Assembly: GCA_030603245.1 (NCBI GenBank)
Contig: JAUVYE010000003.1
Location: forward strand, 1 to 61,091
DNA from: a bacterium
GTDB lineage: Bacteria; Patescibacteriota; Minisyncoccia; Minisyncoccales; DG-74-3
Direction of reading: 5' to 3'
DNA: 61,091 nt
Position 1 is the stretch's first letter, and every line of letters starts with the position of its first letter. This document shows positions 1 through 8,197 of this stretch, piece after piece. The notes beneath the pieces were generated by a model. It ran no database searches. It had not been told where the DNA came from and saw only the letters and a list, made by a program, of their open reading frames with translations. The position numbers and the translations under genes were made by a program.

Positions 1-209
1 AAACTGCTTTGGAAAATAATAAAAAATATGTTGGAAAAACAATAAAAGTTTTGGTTAACGAAACTAAAAATAAATTTTTAATTGGAAAGACCAATACGTA
101 TAAGACCATAAAATTTATCGGACCTAAAAATCTGGTTGGTCAATTTGTAAAGATTAGAATTATAGACGCCCTCCCTTGGAGCTTAAAGGGGTTGTTGACG
201 AATCTTTAA
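1..209 (+). CDS. miaB: 3' end (TRAM domain) of tRNA 2-methylthio-i6A synthase, truncated by the window edge
   Basis: TRAM-like 'VGKTIKVLV...GKTNTYKTIKF...VGQFVKIRIIDALPWSLKG'; lies upstream of miaA; frame is open back to the window start. Confidence 0.8.
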   Translation, partial: TALENNKKYVGKTIKVLVNETKNKFLIGKTNTYKTIKFIGPKNLVGQFVKIRIIDALPWSLKGLLTNL

Positions 210-223
210 TAATTATATAGAAT
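195..223 (+). promoter_or_regulatory. sigma70-type promoter
   Basis: TTGACG-17 nt-TAGAAT. Confidence 0.65.
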
Positions 224-251
224 AAAAAAGGTAAAAAAGGAGGAGAATTAG

Positions 252-374
252 ATAAAGAAAGATTTTGATTGCCCCAAAACAGAAAGGCGAGTAACAATAG
301 ATGACGGTAAATGCAGTGGAGAAAAAAGTTGTGGTTACAAAAATACACTTGGCTGCTTATTAACAAATAAATAA
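252..374 (+). CDS. putative 40-aa four-Cys peptide, apparently starting at ATA (absent from the ORF track)
   Basis: IKKDFDCPKTERRVTIDDGKCSGEKSCGYKNTLGCLLTNK*; GGAGGAG SD just upstream; own promoter and terminator. Confidence 0.45.
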   Translation: MKKDFDCPKTERRVTIDDGKCSGEKSCGYKNTLGCLLTNK

Positions 375-385
375 AAAGTACCAAC

Positions 386-417
386 GGGGGTATTTTAAAA
401 TAAATAACCCTTTTTTT
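386..417 (+). terminator. intrinsic terminator
   Basis: GGGGTATTT...AAATAACCC imperfect hairpin followed by T7. Confidence 0.55.
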
Positions 418-446
418 ATTCCTTGAATCTTATATATAATAAATTA

Positions 447-1343
447 ATGTCAAACAATTTATCAAAACTCATTGTTATTTTAGGATCGACAGCATCAGGA
501 AAAACTGATCTATCTATTAAATTGGCTAAAAAATTCAATGGAGAAATTGTTTCTGCGGATTCAAGACAAGTGTATAAGGGAATGAATATTGGAACTGGAA
601 AGATTACTAAAAAAGAAATGAAAGGTATCCCTCATCATCTTTTGGATGTAGCTAGCCCTAGAATCAAGTTTACAGCTGCTAGATATAAGAAATTAGCCCA
701 TAAAGCAATTAAACAAATTATTCAAAACAATCATATTCCTTTTCTGGTAGGAGGAACTGGTCTTTATATTCAAACAATAACTGATAATATAGTAATTCCT
801 CAAGTAAAGCCTGATTGGAAATTAAGAGCTCAATTAGAAAAACTAACCACTCAAAAACTTTTTCGATTATTAAAGAAAAAAGATAGTAGAAGAGCTAAAA
901 CAATTGACTCAAAAAACCGCAGAAGATTAATCAGGGCCTTAGAAATTATAAAAAAAACAAAGCAACCAATACCTGTTTTTAAAAAAAACAAACCTGAATT
1001 TGATCTCTTAATAATAGGAATAAAAAAATCTCAACAAGATTTAAAAAAGCTTATTGAGAAACGACTATATAAACGATTAAAACAAAGGATGATAACTGAG
1101 GTTAAAAGATTAAAAAAACAAGGTCTTTCCTGGAAAAGATTAGAAGAGTTTGGTTTAGAATATAGATTTATTGCCCAGTATCTTCAAAATAAAATCACTT
1201 ATAACCAAATGACAGATAAGATTCAAAAAGGATCAGAACATTATGCTAAACGTCAAATGACCTGGTTTAAGCGCGATAAAAGAATTCACTGGATAAACAA
1301 ACCAAAACAAGCAGAAAAATTAATAAAAACCTTTCTGTTATAA
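447..1343 (+). CDS. miaA: tRNA dimethylallyltransferase
   Basis: GSTASGKT, VSADSRQVYKGMNIGTGK and YAKRQMTWF motifs; ATG at 447 preferred over TTG at 423. Confidence 0.97.
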   Translation: MSNNLSKLIVILGSTASGKTDLSIKLAKKFNGEIVSADSRQVYKGMNIGTGKITKKEMKGIPHHLLDVASPRIKFTAARYKKLAHKAIKQIIQNNHIPFLVGGTGLYIQTITDNIVIPQVKPDWKLRAQLEKLTTQKLFRLLKKKDSRRAKTIDSKNRRRLIRALEIIKKTKQPIPVFKKNKPEFDLLIIGIKKSQQDLKKLIEKRLYKRLKQRMITEVKRLKKQGLSWKRLEEFGLEYRFIAQYLQNKITYNQMTDKIQKGSEHYAKRQMTWFKRDKRIHWINKPKQAEKLIKTFLL

Positions 1344-1347
1344 CTCA

Positions 1348-1376
1348 TTGACAAATTTATTAATTTCTGTTATAAA
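1348..1376 (+). promoter_or_regulatory. sigma70 promoter with extended -10
   Basis: TTGACA-17 nt-TATAAA, with TG at -15/-14. Confidence 0.75.
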
Positions 1377-1400
1377 AATACTGTAGGAGGAATGAAGTGA

Positions 1401-1757
1401 ATGAGGTTTATTCCAGCTTTCTTTCTGGCAACCAGCATAGCCTACTATTATTGTGCATTGTTACCTCAACCAGTAACCAAAAACATAAAAAATAGAATGA
1501 CTGAACGATTCATAATGATTCTCTTTGGCACAATTATGCTTGGCTTCGCAGCTCTTTCTCATCTTGCAATTTCCACCTGGTACACTCCTTATCTCTGGAT
1601 GGGCCTAGGAATCTTCTATGTATTAGCTTCAATAAGATCGTATCTTGGTTACAACGAATGGAATGTACTTTGGCAAGACAAACCAAGCAATGCAGCTCAA
1701 ATGGTTATGTGGGCATGGAATTTCACCATAGCTCTTTGCGCCTTTATAATGCTGTAG
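1401..1757 (+). CDS. small membrane protein (about 4 TM), unknown function
   Basis: hydrophobic 118-aa ORF with AGGAGG SD, own promoter and terminator. Confidence 0.8.
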   Translation: MRFIPAFFLATSIAYYYCALLPQPVTKNIKNRMTERFIMILFGTIMLGFAALSHLAISTWYTPYLWMGLGIFYVLASIRSYLGYNEWNVLWQDKPSNAAQMVMWAWNFTIALCAFIML

Positions 1758-1767
1758 TCTGGAAACC

Positions 1768-1798
1768 AAAAAGAGCTCTAAAAAGAACTCTTTTTTTT
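1768..1798. terminator. bidirectional intrinsic terminator
   Basis: A5-GAGCTCT-AAAA-AGAACTC-T8 between convergent genes. Confidence 0.7.
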
Positions 1799-1813
1799 AT
1801 TGTTTCGTTAATT

Positions 1814-3256
1814 TTAATTTAGTAATTTTTCTAAAATCTTTTTAACCACATCGGGACTAGCCTTTCCTTTAGTTTGATTCATAACCTGGCCGATCAGAAA
1901 CTGAAGGGCTCCTTGTTTGCCATTTTTAAGATCTGAGACTGCTTTTTGATTTTGAGCAATTGTTTGTTCAACAGCTTTTTCAATATCAGACTCGTCAGTC
2001 ATCTGGGTTAATCCTTTTTCTTCAATAATATGAGAAGGATCAGCTCCTGTTTTGAACATTTCAGGAAGAATGATTTTAGCAATCTTACTTGAAATAGTAT
2101 TCTTATGAATTAAGGTAATGAGTTCAGCAAAATTCTCTGGACTAATCAAAAACTTTTTATCTTCTACTGACAAACTACCTAATAATCCCTGCAAATCAGT
2201 AATCAGATAATTAGCAGTTAATTTAATTAGTTTCAAAAGTTCTTTATGGCTAAGATTAGGTTCTAATTCACTTATTACTTTTTCAAAATATTCTCCTAAA
2301 TCTTTATTCGAAACAAAAATCTCTATTTCTTTGTCTAAAACCTCATATTCTTTTTTAAAACGCTCTCTTCTTTGCTCAGGCAATTCGGGCAATTCAGCCT
2401 TCATTTGATGAATATCTTTTTGTTTCCATTTAATTGGAGCTAAGTCTGGTTCAGGAAAATATCTATAATCATGAGCTGATTCCTTTTCCCTTTGACTTTT
2501 TGTTATTTCTTTTATAGAGTCCCATCCTCTGGTTTCCTGAACGACTTTTTTTCCTGATTTTAATATTTGACCCTGTCTTTTAATTTCGTATTCAATTGAT
2601 TTTTCAACCGCTTTAAAAGAGTTTAAGTTTTTAATTTCAACCTTTGTTCCTAATTTCTTTGGATTTTTAGATAAAGAAATATTAACTTCAACCCTCATTT
2701 GTCCTTTTTCCATATTAACATCAGAAGCATCAAGATATTTCAAAATCAATTTTAATTCCTCGGCAAACTTTTTAGCTTCCTGAGCTGATTTTAAATCAGG
2801 CTCAGTCACTAATTCCATTAAAGGAATTCCTGCTCTATTAAAATCTACTAAGGAATAATCTGCTTTCTCTGGATGGATAAGACGCCCAGTATCTTCTTCT
2901 AAATGAACCCTGGTAATTCCAATCTTTTTTCCCATAATATCTAAGTTGCCATTTTGACAGAATGGTTTGTCATACTGTGAAATCTGATACCCTTTGGGCA
3001 AATCAGGATAAAAATAGCTTTTTCTATCAAATTTTGAAAAATAAGGAATTTGGCAATTCATGGCCAAACCGGTTTTGATTACTTTTCTGACTGCCTCTCT
3101 ATTAATAACTGGCATGGTGCCAGGATGACCCATACAAATAGGACAAATATTTAGATTGGGTTCTTTTTCGTCTGGATTATTCAAACAATCGCAAAACATT
3201 TTTGTTTTGGTTTTCAGCTCAACATGAATTTCTAAGCCGATAGTTGGTTTATACAT
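1814..3256 (-). CDS. gatB: Asp/Glu-tRNA amidotransferase subunit B
   Basis: IGLEIHVEL, FDRKSYFYPDLPKGYQISQ, YRYFPEPDL. Confidence 0.98.
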   Translation of the reverse strand: MYKPTIGLEIHVELKTKTKMFCDCLNNPDEKEPNLNICPICMGHPGTMPVINREAVRKVIKTGLAMNCQIPYFSKFDRKSYFYPDLPKGYQISQYDKPFCQNGNLDIMGKKIGITRVHLEEDTGRLIHPEKADYSLVDFNRAGIPLMELVTEPDLKSAQEAKKFAEELKLILKYLDASDVNMEKGQMRVEVNISLSKNPKKLGTKVEIKNLNSFKAVEKSIEYEIKRQGQILKSGKKVVQETRGWDSIKEITKSQREKESAHDYRYFPEPDLAPIKWKQKDIHQMKAELPELPEQRRERFKKEYEVLDKEIEIFVSNKDLGEYFEKVISELEPNLSHKELLKLIKLTANYLITDLQGLLGSLSVEDKKFLISPENFAELITLIHKNTISSKIAKIILPEMFKTGADPSHIIEEKGLTQMTDESDIEKAVEQTIAQNQKAVSDLKNGKQGALQFLIGQVMNQTKGKASPDVVKKILEKLLN

Positions 3257-3260
3257 AAAA

Positions 3261-3962
3261 TTACAATATCTTTAAAACTTCTTCCCAAACTTTTTCATGA
3301 ATCATCTCAGGTGATAATAATTCTCTATTCTGATAACACTCTATCACACATTTCTTTTCTGGAAACTCTTGAGCCCAATCCATATATGATCTTTCAGCAT
3401 CAGCCAAATGACTTAAATCTTTCTCGTGAATATCTTTACTTTCTCCCTTTAAATGCTTTCTTTTTTTAATTTTTTGCTCATCCCCAGTCAAAGATTGCGA
3501 TTTCTCTGGAATCGACTTAAGGATAATAGTTATATTAGGTTTTGGTATATTAAATAAGTCATATTCTAGATCAAAAAGCCAGTTTAAATACTTTTTCCAT
3601 TCAGACTTGTCTTTCATTTTACCCCCCTGATGACCAACATTAGAACCAATATACCTATCAGAAACTATTATTTTCCCTTCTTGTAACCATCTTCTTATGT
3701 TAAAACTGGCATCAAAACGATCACAAGCATAAAAAATTGAAGCCTGGTAGGGAGTTACCTCTCTAGACTGACCATACTTGCCAACCAAATATTCTTCTAC
3801 CAATCCTGCTGATTTTTTACCGTACTGAGGAAAATCAATAGTGGCAACAATATAACCCTCTTTTTCAAGATGCTTTTTTAATAATCGACTCTGTGTAGAT
3901 TTGCCAGAACCATCAATGCCTTCAAAAACAATAAATTTTCCAGAATAAGAATTTTCTTTCAT
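3261..3962 (-). CDS. tmk: thymidylate kinase
   Basis: FIVFEGIDGSGKSTQ P-loop; VSDRY motif. Confidence 0.92.
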   Translation of the reverse strand: MKENSYSGKFIVFEGIDGSGKSTQSRLLKKHLEKEGYIVATIDFPQYGKKSAGLVEEYLVGKYGQSREVTPYQASIFYACDRFDASFNIRRWLQEGKIIVSDRYIGSNVGHQGGKMKDKSEWKKYLNWLFDLEYDLFNIPKPNITIILKSIPEKSQSLTGDEQKIKKRKHLKGESKDIHEKDLSHLADAERSYMDWAQEFPEKKCVIECYQNRELLSPEMIHEKVWEEVLKIL

Positions 3963-4011
3963 GGGTTTTAAGTTTTTTTATTATAGTATAAAAAAAACGG
4001 CTTATCTAATT

Positions 4012-4563
4012 TTAATTTAAATCTTTGATTAAATTATCTATTTTCTTATGAAATTCTTCTAAAGAGTTGTTATTCTCAATTTTATAATCAGCCTTTTTAC
4101 CCATTTCCTGAATTAAAGATTCGGTTGCTGCTTTTTCTAGTTCTAGGAATTTTTCATAAGGAGCGCTATCATCCTTTTTTTCTCCCCTGTTCTGCAATCT
4201 TTGCCATCTTAGCTTAGAATCAGCTGTAATATATATCATTGCACCCCCTAAATCCTTGACCATATTATATTCCTGCCAATATCTAATCCCATTTAAAAGA
4301 ATAATGCCTTTATCTATAGAGTTTATCTTTTTCAATAGAGCTTTAGCTAAAATATCTTCTCCAAACCTTTCTCTTAGAACTATACCAAGCCATTGTTGAT
4401 CATTTCTAGTAACTTCATCAAAGAAAATTTTTAAAACTTCTGATAATGGTTGAGAAAACTTTAAACAAAAAACAGGCCCTTGAGATACTTTCACTATGTG
4501 GTTACAAAAAGTATCTTTGCCTGCACCCATTTCTCCAGTTAATCCAATAATAATCTTTTTCAT
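4012..4563 (-). CDS. P-loop (deoxy)nucleotide or dephospho-CoA kinase-like protein
   Basis: IIGLTGEMGAGKDT Walker A; NGIRY and YITAD..LRWQRL as in NMP/CoaE kinases; lies between tmk and dCMP deaminase. Confidence 0.75.
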   Translation of the reverse strand: MKKIIIGLTGEMGAGKDTFCNHIVKVSQGPVFCLKFSQPLSEVLKIFFDEVTRNDQQWLGIVLRERFGEDILAKALLKKINSIDKGIILLNGIRYWQEYNMVKDLGGAMIYITADSKLRWQRLQNRGEKKDDSAPYEKFLELEKAATESLIQEMGKKADYKIENNNSLEEFHKKIDNLIKDLN

Positions 4564-4571
4564 TTGTTTTG

Positions 4572-5045
4572 CTAATCCAAAAATGTTATTTGAGCAGTAG
4601 GCCTTTTAAGAATATCTACTTTTATACTAGCCTCTTTGAAAAGATCCACAAAAGAATTATCAGCATATTTTCCAAACGATACGAATCTTTTTATCTTTGC
4701 ATTCACCAGCATCTTAGCGCAAATTATACAAGGAGTATGGGTACAGTAAATAGTAGCTCCTTCAAGGGAAGCACCATGCAAAGCTGCTTGAATAATAACA
4801 TTTTGCTCAGCGTGAATTGCTCGACAAATCTCCTGTTGAGTACCAGAAGGAATATTATTATCATCTCTCAAACAACCCAGTTCTAAACAATCTTTTAAAC
4901 CAGCAGCTGCTCCATTATAACCCGTAGTTAAAATATATTTATTTTTAACTGATACTGCTCCAACATGGTGTCTTAAACAAGTTGAACGTTCAGCTACCAC
5001 TGAAGCAATTTTAAGAAAATATTCATCTATTGATAATCTTTTCAT
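4572..5045 (-). CDS. dCMP deaminase (ComEB-like)
   Basis: HAEQN and PCIIC zinc motifs; RSTCLRHHVGAV. Confidence 0.92.
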   Translation of the reverse strand: MKRLSIDEYFLKIASVVAERSTCLRHHVGAVSVKNKYILTTGYNGAAAGLKDCLELGCLRDDNNIPSGTQQEICRAIHAEQNVIIQAALHGASLEGATIYCTHTPCIICAKMLVNAKIKRFVSFGKYADNSFVDLFKEASIKVDILKRPTAQITFLD

Positions 5046-5050
5046 ATTAT

Positions 5051-5476
5051 TTAGTCCACAATTTCAACGCCCATTGACTTTGCTGTTCCAGCCACAATTT
5101 TTATAGCAGCCTCAATATCAGTAGTATTAAAATCAGATATTTTCTTTTGAGCAATCTCTCTAAGCTGAGCTTTGGTCATTTTACCAACTTTTGTTTTCTT
5201 TTGAAAGCCTGAACCCTTTTCAATCCCAAGCATGTTTTTAATAAGGTGAGAAGTCAAGGGTTGCTTTATTTTCAAATCAAAAGTTCTGTCTTCGTAAATA
5301 ATGACTTCTACTGGTATTATTGCTCCCTGCTCATCTTGAGTTGCATCATTAAACTGCTGACAAAACTCAGCAATATTTAAACCATGTGGAGCCAGCGCAG
5401 GTCCCACTGGGGGAGCTGGAGTCGCTTTACCACCTGGAATTTGAACTTTAACATTAGCAATTATTTCTTTAGCCAT
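5051..5476 (-). CDS. rplK: 50S ribosomal protein L11
   Basis: GKATPAPPVGPALAPHGLNI; follows nusG. Confidence 0.98.
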   Translation of the reverse strand: MAKEIIANVKVQIPGGKATPAPPVGPALAPHGLNIAEFCQQFNDATQDEQGAIIPVEVIIYEDRTFDLKIKQPLTSHLIKNMLGIEKGSGFQKKTKVGKMTKAQLREIAQKKISDFNTTDIEAAIKIVAGTAKSMGVEIVD

Positions 5477-5477
5477 T

Positions 5478-6023
5478 TTATAGTCTTTTTATTTGGAGAG
5501 AATCCAATTCAACTGGAGTATCTCTTCCAAACATATTAATTAATACTTTTACTTTTCCTTTTTCTTGATCAACCTCTGAAACCTTACCATCAAAATCTTT
5601 AAAAGGACCATCAATAATCTTAATTGGATCCCCTACCTTAACTTCAATCTTATATTTAGGAGTTTCAACCCCTATTCTTTTCTTTAAATTATCAATTTCT
5701 GCTTTGGAAACTGGAATTGGAACAGTACCTGCCCCCACAAATCCAGTTACATTGGGAGTATTTCTCACTACATACCAAGAATCATCAGTCACAATCATTT
5801 CCACTAAAACATAACCAGGATAAATTTTTTCTTCAACCACCCTTCTCTTGCTGTTTTTTATTTTAATCTTTTTCTCTTTTGGTACCAAAACATTAAAAAT
5901 TTTATCTTCCATACCTAAACTTTCAATCCTTTGTTTAAGGTTTTTAGCTACTGCCTCTTCATAACCAGAATAAGTATGAAGTACATACCAATTTTTTTCT
6001 TGAGAAGTTTGTTGCTTTGGCAT
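5478..6023 (-). CDS. nusG: transcription factor NusG
   Basis: WYVLHTYSGYE, VRNTPNVTGFVG, KOW domain. Confidence 0.98.
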   Translation of the reverse strand: MPKQQTSQEKNWYVLHTYSGYEEAVAKNLKQRIESLGMEDKIFNVLVPKEKKIKIKNSKRRVVEEKIYPGYVLVEMIVTDDSWYVVRNTPNVTGFVGAGTVPIPVSKAEIDNLKKRIGVETPKYKIEVKVGDPIKIIDGPFKDFDGKVSEVDQEKGKVKVLINMFGRDTPVELDSLQIKRL

Positions 6024-6029
6024 AAATAA

Positions 6030-6218
6030 TTATTGTATCAACTTATTTAACAATCTAGTAAATAAAAAGTCAATCCCTCCTAAATATAAAGCAACTATTG
6101 TTAAAACAACAATCACAATCAAGGTATATTTTATAGTTTCTTTACGGTTAGGCCAGTTCACTTTTTTCAATTCAAACCAAGCTTCTTTAAAAAATGCTTT
6201 AATTTTTTTAATTTTCAT
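6030..6218 (-). CDS. secE: preprotein translocase SecE
   Basis: ELKKVNWP motif with one TM; upstream of nusG. Confidence 0.95.
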   Translation of the reverse strand: MKIKKIKAFFKEAWFELKKVNWPNRKETIKYTLIVIVVLTIVALYLGGIDFLFTRLLNKLIQ

Positions 6219-6221
6219 ATT

Positions 6222-8195
6222 TTAAATGTCTAAATTCTTAACTTTTTTAGCATGTGTTTGGATAAATTTCTTGCGTGGAGCAACTTCTTTGCCCATTAAA
6301 ACATCAAAAATTCTATCGGCTCGGTGAGCTGATTCAATATTCACCTGTAATAAAGTTCTATTTTCTGGATTCATGGTTGTTTCCCAAAGCTGTTCTGGAT
6401 TCATTTCTCCCAAACCCTTGTATCGCTGAATATTAATTTTAGACACCTTCTTTTTCTTAATTTCTTTGATTAACCTATCCTTACCATCTTCAGTATAAAC
6501 ATATTCCAGTTGTTTTCCAGCCCGGATTTGATAAAGCGGAGGTTGAGCAATATATAGAAAACCAGCCTCAATTATTGGTTTAAAGTAACGATAGAATAAT
6601 GTCAAGAGCAAAGTAGTAATATGACGGCCATCAACATCACTATCAGTCATAATAATAATCTTATGATATCTTGTTTTTTCTAAATTAAAATCTTCACCAA
6701 TTGATGTTCCTAAAGCAATGACTAAAGATTTAATTTCTTTTGAGGTTAGAATTTTATCTAAACGTGCTCTTTCAATGTTCAGTATCTTGCCTCTTAAAGG
6801 CAAGATGGCTTGAAATCTCCTGTTTCTGGCCTGCTTTCCCGACCCTCCGGCCGATTCGCCCTCAACAATGTAAAGTTCTGATTTTTCAGGATCTTTTGAA
6901 GTACAATCAGCTAATTTTCCAGGAAGAGATAAACCATCTAAAATTCCCTTTCTAAGAACTGTTTCTCTGGCTGCTCTAGCTGCATTTCTGGCTTTTTGAG
7001 ATAAAACACAATTTTCAATAATTGCCTTAGCATCCTGAGGGTTTCTTTCTAAAAAGTCCATTAATGTTTCTGAAACCAAAGAATCAACAGCTAATCGAGC
7101 TTCTGTGTTGCCTAATTTTGATTTAGTTTGTCCCTCAAACTGCGGCTCTTTTATTTTAACCGAAATAATAGCTGTTAATCCCTCTCTCACATCCTGGCCT
7201 GACAGATTAGTATCATTTTCTTTTAATAAATTATTTTTACGAGCATAATCGTTCAGGGTTCGCGTTAAGGCTGTTCTAAAACCTGTTAGATGAGTCCCTC
7301 CTTCTTTAGTATAAATATTATTAGCAAAAGACTCTTCATAAAATTCAAATTCTCTGGTGTAACAAAGAGCTGCTTCAACAAGAACTCCATTTTTAGGACC
7401 TGCGCCATAAAAAATATGAGGATTGCGAAGAGTTCTTCCCCGGGTTAAATGTTTTACATAAGAAACAATTCCTCCTTCAAAATAAAATGTGTATTCTTTT
7501 TTCTCTTTTTTTCTCCAATCTTGAACAACAATTCTTACTCCCTTGGTCAAATAAGCTTGTTGACGTAAATGATCTAATATCCTTTTAAGGCTAAAATTGA
7601 TCTCTTTAAAGATTTGTTCATCAGGTTCAAAAATAATAGTAGTACCAGTTCCTCGACAATTACCAACCTTTTTAACCTTGCTTTTAACTTTGCCTCTAAC
7701 ATACTCTTGAGCATATCTTTTACCATCCCGACAAATTTCAGCTCTCATGTATTTAGACAAAGCACAAACAACAGATATTCCCACTCCATGCAAACCACCA
7801 GAAACCTGATAAACTTTGCCTCCAAACTTGGCTCCAGCATGCAAAGTAGTCATGATTGTTTCTAAGGTTGATTTCCTGGTCTGAGAATGAATATCAACTG
7901 GAATTCCCCTGCCATTATCAACCACCTTAATCAAATTCTCAGGTAAAAGAGTAACTGTTATTTCATCACAATGACCAACTATTGCTTCATCAATACTATT
8001 GTCTACTATTTCATATATTAAATGATGAAGTCCTTCAGGACCAGTTGTGCCAATATACATGGCTGGCCTTTTGCGAACCGGTTCCAAACCTTTTAACACA
8101 AAAATATCCTTGGCTGTATAGTCAGAAGATTTGGTTTTTCTAATTACCTTTTTCTTTCTTACTGTTTTTTTAGTTTTTGTTTTTTTACGAGCCAT
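6222..8195 (-). CDS. gyrB: DNA gyrase subunit B with a Lys-rich N-terminal extension
   Basis: VRKRPAMYIG, VSGGLHGVG, IVEGESAGG, YKGLGEMN; ATG at 8195 preferred. Confidence 0.96.
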   Translation of the reverse strand: MARKKTKTKKTVRKKKVIRKTKSSDYTAKDIFVLKGLEPVRKRPAMYIGTTGPEGLHHLIYEIVDNSIDEAIVGHCDEITVTLLPENLIKVVDNGRGIPVDIHSQTRKSTLETIMTTLHAGAKFGGKVYQVSGGLHGVGISVVCALSKYMRAEICRDGKRYAQEYVRGKVKSKVKKVGNCRGTGTTIIFEPDEQIFKEINFSLKRILDHLRQQAYLTKGVRIVVQDWRKKEKKEYTFYFEGGIVSYVKHLTRGRTLRNPHIFYGAGPKNGVLVEAALCYTREFEFYEESFANNIYTKEGGTHLTGFRTALTRTLNDYARKNNLLKENDTNLSGQDVREGLTAIISVKIKEPQFEGQTKSKLGNTEARLAVDSLVSETLMDFLERNPQDAKAIIENCVLSQKARNAARAARETVLRKGILDGLSLPGKLADCTSKDPEKSELYIVEGESAGGSGKQARNRRFQAILPLRGKILNIERARLDKILTSKEIKSLVIALGTSIGEDFNLEKTRYHKIIIMTDSDVDGRHITTLLLTLFYRYFKPIIEAGFLYIAQPPLYQIRAGKQLEYVYTEDGKDRLIKEIKKKKVSKINIQRYKGLGEMNPEQLWETTMNPENRTLLQVNIESAHRADRIFDVLMGKEVAPRKKFIQTHAKKVKNLDI

Positions 8196-8197
8196 AA

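Noticed and set aside
160-384. 74-aa minus-strand ORF
   Set aside because: Antisense to the miaB end and to a plus-strand unit that has promoter, SD and terminator; no recognisable motif
1392-1400. ATG-AAG-TGA minigene before the 118-aa gene
   Set aside because: Only 1 nt from the SD, too close for initiation; the ATG at 1401 has normal spacing
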